Positions 59,480-64,000 of a DNA stretch of 64,000 nt are shown in pieces; positions within the stretch are counted from its first letter, which is position 1; every line of letters begins with the position of its first letter. Origin of the DNA: Ranitomeya imitator (lineage: Eukaryota); contig NC_091284.1 of assembly GCF_032444005.1 (NCBI RefSeq), positions 802,218,001-802,282,000 on the forward strand, read 5' to 3'. The notes beneath the pieces are model-generated. The model was not told where the DNA came from, did no database searches, and was given only the letters and a program-made list of their open reading frames with translations. The translations under genes and the position numbers were made by a program.

Positions 59480-60200
59480 GAACCAGCGACCACATACATG
59501 TCCATTGCTTCAGTCATGGACAGTGAACAAGCTGTATTGTACCCATTGGAGTTTCTGAATGCTTTGGTGCCTCCTGGATGTCAACACAGACTCACCTTAA
59601 AAACTGTAGCTCCAATAAATTTGCATATGAATCTTGACAAAACCAAAACTAATTGCACAAGGTTGTGTGCAGAGTCTCATGCCCAAAGCTATTGTAACCA
59701 CTATTCTTATGGGAGACACCAAGGGAGAATGTTAACATTCAGCACATCCCCCCTTGCTGCCAAGTGACATGTCCTTCCATTTGAGGGTATGTGCACACGT
59801 TCAGGTTTTTTCGCTTTTTTTCGTGTTTCACAATAAAAATGCGATAAAACCACATTAGAAACTGCAGACATATGCATCCTATCATTTAGAATGCATTCTG
59901 CAATTTTTGTTCACATGTGCTTTTTTCCGCGAAATAAACGCATTGCGGTAAAAAAAAAAAAAACCAGCATGTTCATTAATTTTGCTTTTTTTTGCAAGAA
60001 AAACGCATCAAAAACATGCAAAAAACGCATCAAAAATGTGCAAAAAAAACGCATGCGGAATTCTGGCAGAAATGTCAGGTCTTTGTCTGGAAAATTTCTG
60101 CCAGAAATCCTGACGTGTGCACATAGCCTTAAGCTTCTGCAGTTCCCAATCCCACTTGCATTTGCTCTGACTATAAACAAAGCACAAGGTCAAAATCATT
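59480..60200 (+). pseudogene. Helitron PIF1-like helicase relic, split by a MITE
   Basis: YPLEFLNALVPPG..HRLTLK, QFPIPLAFALTINKAQGQ. Confidence 0.8.
59785..60128. mobile_element. Harbinger-like MITE (GG.TATGTGCACACG TIR)
   Basis: TIRs clear; TSD not clean. Confidence 0.75.
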
Positions 60201-60203
60201 TAA

Positions 60204-60362
60204 CCCCTTAGTGACAGAGCCAATTTGCTACTTAATGACCAGGCCAAGTTTTACAATTCTGACCACTGTCACTTTAAGAGGTTATAACCCTGGAACGCTT
60301 TAACAGATCCCACCGATTCTGAGATTTGTTTTTGTGACATTGTACTTCATGATCATGGTAAA
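60204..60362. mobile_element. Truncated left end of a TTAA element
   Basis: TTAACCCCTTAGTGACAGAGCC, the inverse of the right ends at ~50880 and ~52030. Confidence 0.65.
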
Positions 60363-63300
60363 AAACTAAAACTTGTTTTAATTTAGAGATGTAAGAAGAA
60401 GCTTTACATTCAAATGGATTTAGTTGCAGGCCCTGTACCAGATATAGCTGTAGAACAAGGTTCTCAAGTTTTTATGGATGAGTCCTATCTATAGGTTAGA
60501 ACATAGTGTAATTGTAGATAGTGTTCGATAATATTTGGGGAATATTCAAATAAATATTTAAATATTAAATGTAATAGTTTACAATGCGCATTGATAATTA
60601 GGATACAATATTTTGGGTTAATATACATGTATTCTTATTCTTTGTAAGTGAAATATGTATTGTAAACTTCTGTGTGTCACAGTCTGAGTAACAGATGACA
60701 GATGAGCGTATGAGCAGCTGCTAAGAGTGAAGTGTAACGTAAGACTAATGTGGAATGTACAGTATGTAAGAGGCCTCATGATTTATGGTATGTTGAGGAA
60801 AAAACCCTTGTGTTTATGAATTAAGATTCAGTTAATTAGAATATTAAGATATAGAAATATATGTTGAGTAAACATTATTTAAATATTTCTTTAGTAATTA
60901 TTTCTTGATTTAGTTAAGTGAATAAGTGCAATCACACCAATATGGTTTATCAAGAAAATCTACATTTAGAACATTTTCCCAAACGATAATTTTATGATAT
61001 TCAGTGTTTTTCTTCTTTACATAGATGGGTACACATCTTCAAACAAATATATGACAAGCTGATATGACAGTTATAAAAAATAAAATTAATTTGTAAAAAA
61101 CAAAATTAATAATTTCATAAAATAATTTTTTGATATTAAGGGGGAAGTGTGTTTTTGATTACATCACCACATTTCTTCAATACCTCTTCTTCACACATTT
61201 TAATAAAGAAGAAATATTAATGAGGTATTATTGGGTATAATTAAGTGTTATAGAAGTATTTTTTTTTCTCTAATGAAGGATATTACATGCAAAGCTGCAT
61301 AATTTCAATATTTCAGTAATCCAAGGTTATGACAACATCCAAATGATGGATATTTTAAGGGAATGTGTTATTGAGACATAACCTCTGCATTTATCATCAA
61401 CATACAAAGGCCTGATTCTTATTTTTATTTTTCATTTTTCACTTTCTTCAATTTTTATTTTCTCTCAAGAAGAAAAAAAAAAATCAATCAATATTTAATA
61501 AAATAATGTCTAATACAAGAATATTGCTTTATTGAATATAATGATCATATGGTTTCATATATAAGAAATGTTTCAATTCTGAGTTAAATACAACAATTCA
61601 TTCATTTATTCTTATTTTGGTTCATGGGTATACATTCTTACATATTATTGGTCTAATAATAAAGATGGAAATACTTGTTACATAATAAGACACACTGACA
61701 TCTATGGGTTCAAAAAGAAATTACATCTATGACATTAAAATGTCCCATCACATGAAGAATATGGTTAATGTATAATTTATTATTATTATATTTTTCCAAA
61801 TATGAATTCCATATTAATATTCTGATAATTATATGGATATTATTGATTGCTATGGTAAGCTATGATATAGGTTAGGAAAATTATCAGATTTGGTATAGAA
61901 TAGGGAATGAAGACTTCTATTAAGATACTGAAGTTACGTTAATAAAGAACTTTTCATTTTTTTTAAATTCAATTGATTCTTATACGTTGCAAGAAGAAAA
62001 GCCGTTATCCAGAAGTTCCACAAGGTAACAAAGCTATGATTTCTGAATAATAATAATAGTGTCAAATACAATTCATGTCACCACTCACAACTACAGCAAC
62101 CATCACTGACAACTATGATTACAGTATCTAAACTGACAATCACAATTGGAGGATGATGATCATATGATGCTAAGATGAACTGTGTTATTACATTTTTATC
62201 ACGTTACAGTGGTTTCCAATCACCTATAAGACTTCCATGAAAGCTGGTTAACAATCAGGTAATTATCAGGATTCAGGACGCTACAACCCTGACATGTGTC
62301 CTGTGTACTAAGGACTGGTTATGGTGCTATGATTAGCAGAGAAGAGTCAATGTGACCCTTGCTGTGCTGACTAAATACGTCACATCTGTTCCAAGACCAG
62401 TGCGGATGATATGGAAGGATTCCAGATGATTTCCAAGGTGAGCCAATGTAAGTCCAGGTTTTTAAAAGGTGACACTGCACAGATATTAAAGCTACATTTC
62501 ATCTATGAACTTTGTTTTCTTATCAACATTTGAATTCATGGATTTTGATTGACACATGACAGTCTCTACAATATATGCATGCTATCATCTATTTCAAAAG
62601 AATTATAATAAAGTTTGTTTAAAAAGAACCAAGAAGAAGACATCAAGATGAAGACCAGATGACATCAGACCTGAGATGCTTTAAGTAGATATAGGGAAGT
62701 ATAATTGTATATTTTATATGAATATTAGTCACGGCTTACCATAACATGAATTTACATATCATTATATTATTGAGTACGTATAACATTATTATTATTACAA
62801 ACATTAAATTATTTTGCTGAAGAAGAAGAAGAGAGATCTTATTAATAAGTTTACTTTGAGGGTTCCAATCAATGTCTGTAACCCTCAAAAAGGAGGAATT
62901 GTTAAATATTAATTATTGAATTATTCATATTCTCAATCCTGTACTGAGCACATTGCTTCTTGCTGACATTACAAAAAAATATTTCTGTGTATGCATAAGT
63001 TAACACCATATACAGGGAACACGTGGTCTGTGGGACACATTTATAAACGTCTTAGGAGGGTGTGGGGGCTTTTTGTCACGTGGGGGATGTCACCTCCTGC
63101 CATCACCATCATTCTCCATGGACGTCAGACAAGGAGGGAACAGCTGATAGCCATGATGACCTTCAGATTTCAGACAGAGCTTTTACTATTCAGAACTTTG
63201 GGAAAGATGAGTAACAAAAGCAGATATTTACACATGGACAATCTGTTCGTAACTATTTCATCTATTTTTATGTTTTGCTGCAATGTGTTTTTTCTGTGGA

Positions 63301-64000
63301 CAATTCAATAAACCACTACATATTTTATGAGAATATCATGACATTTTTCTTTAAGAGTAACGCACCTGGTAAAGTCCTGATTAAATAAATGTGCGAAATA
63401 AGCATATTTAACAATATGTCAATGTTAATAAGAGGGGCTTCCATGTTACCGGTAGTAGAAAGGCTCTGGAGAAACGCTATGGCTCCTCGCCCCGCCAAAA
63501 GAAATCCAGCAAATTCTGCATGCCCCCCATTCTAAGCCCCTGTGTGCCTTAATCACATATAGAATCCATGTGTTTGGCGTTTCTGTAGTGATGAGAGCCG
63601 CCTAATTTACTGGGTGCATGTCTCCAGAAGCAAAAGCTGGGCACAATGTACGGGGCACTAAGGAAAACAATTAAACATTTGCAATTCTCTCCGTAACATC
63701 CTCTGCTGCTTGTTTGTGGAAACCACCAATAGAGTCAAAAATCAATGCTACACCTGTAGATATAGTCCCATAGTGGTGCAATTTCCATAATGGCGTAATT
63801 TGTAGGGTAATTTTGCTCTGTCACCATTTAGGAGCTCTGTATATGTAATCTGAATACAATTCTCTGATGGTTTTGTAAGGTCTGCCTGAGGTCACGTGCT
63901 CAAAAGGCTGCCTAGGACAAACTTGGCACAAGCCGCTCCGTCTGGCAGACTCCAGAGAAATCCCAATACCCTTTAACCCCTGTACAGGGATCTGGATTTA

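Noticed and set aside
59782-60131. TSD for the MITE in the Helitron helicase relic
   Set aside because: The flanks read TGA and TTA and rejoining does not cleanly restore the frame, so no TSD is claimed.

Overview
Vertebrate genomic window, almost certainly anuran (frog); the repeat families resemble those of dendrobatid-type genomes, which is an inference. It is almost entirely nested transposable elements plus one host-derived coding sequence, an intronless snurportin-1 (SNUPN) retrocopy with an open ORF (39443-40474). Joining target-site duplications (TSDs) by eye reconstructs one Penelope-like element (PLE; RT plus GIY-YIG, with hammerhead ribozymes in its terminal repeats). Its pieces run from 8180 to about 41497, and it appears to split a CR1 fragment with a 15-bp duplication. 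Nested inside it are: a Gmr1-like Gypsy element (integrase before RT) that holds a chromodomain Gypsy element and three solo LTRs with 6-bp TSDs, a Tc1 with an open transposase ORF, a TTAA element carrying a Helitron derivative and an L2, many MITEs, and the SNUPN copy. Outside it are two copies of a large TTAA-ended element with TTAGGG-like and ~390-bp tandem arrays, a near-intact full-length CR1, a decayed endogenous retrovirus (IN-env-LTR) whose Env tail ends in a zinc-ribbon-like motif, hAT and Helitron relics, and about 3 kb of unexplained AT-rich sequence. All coordinates and alignments were read manually, with no database searches.
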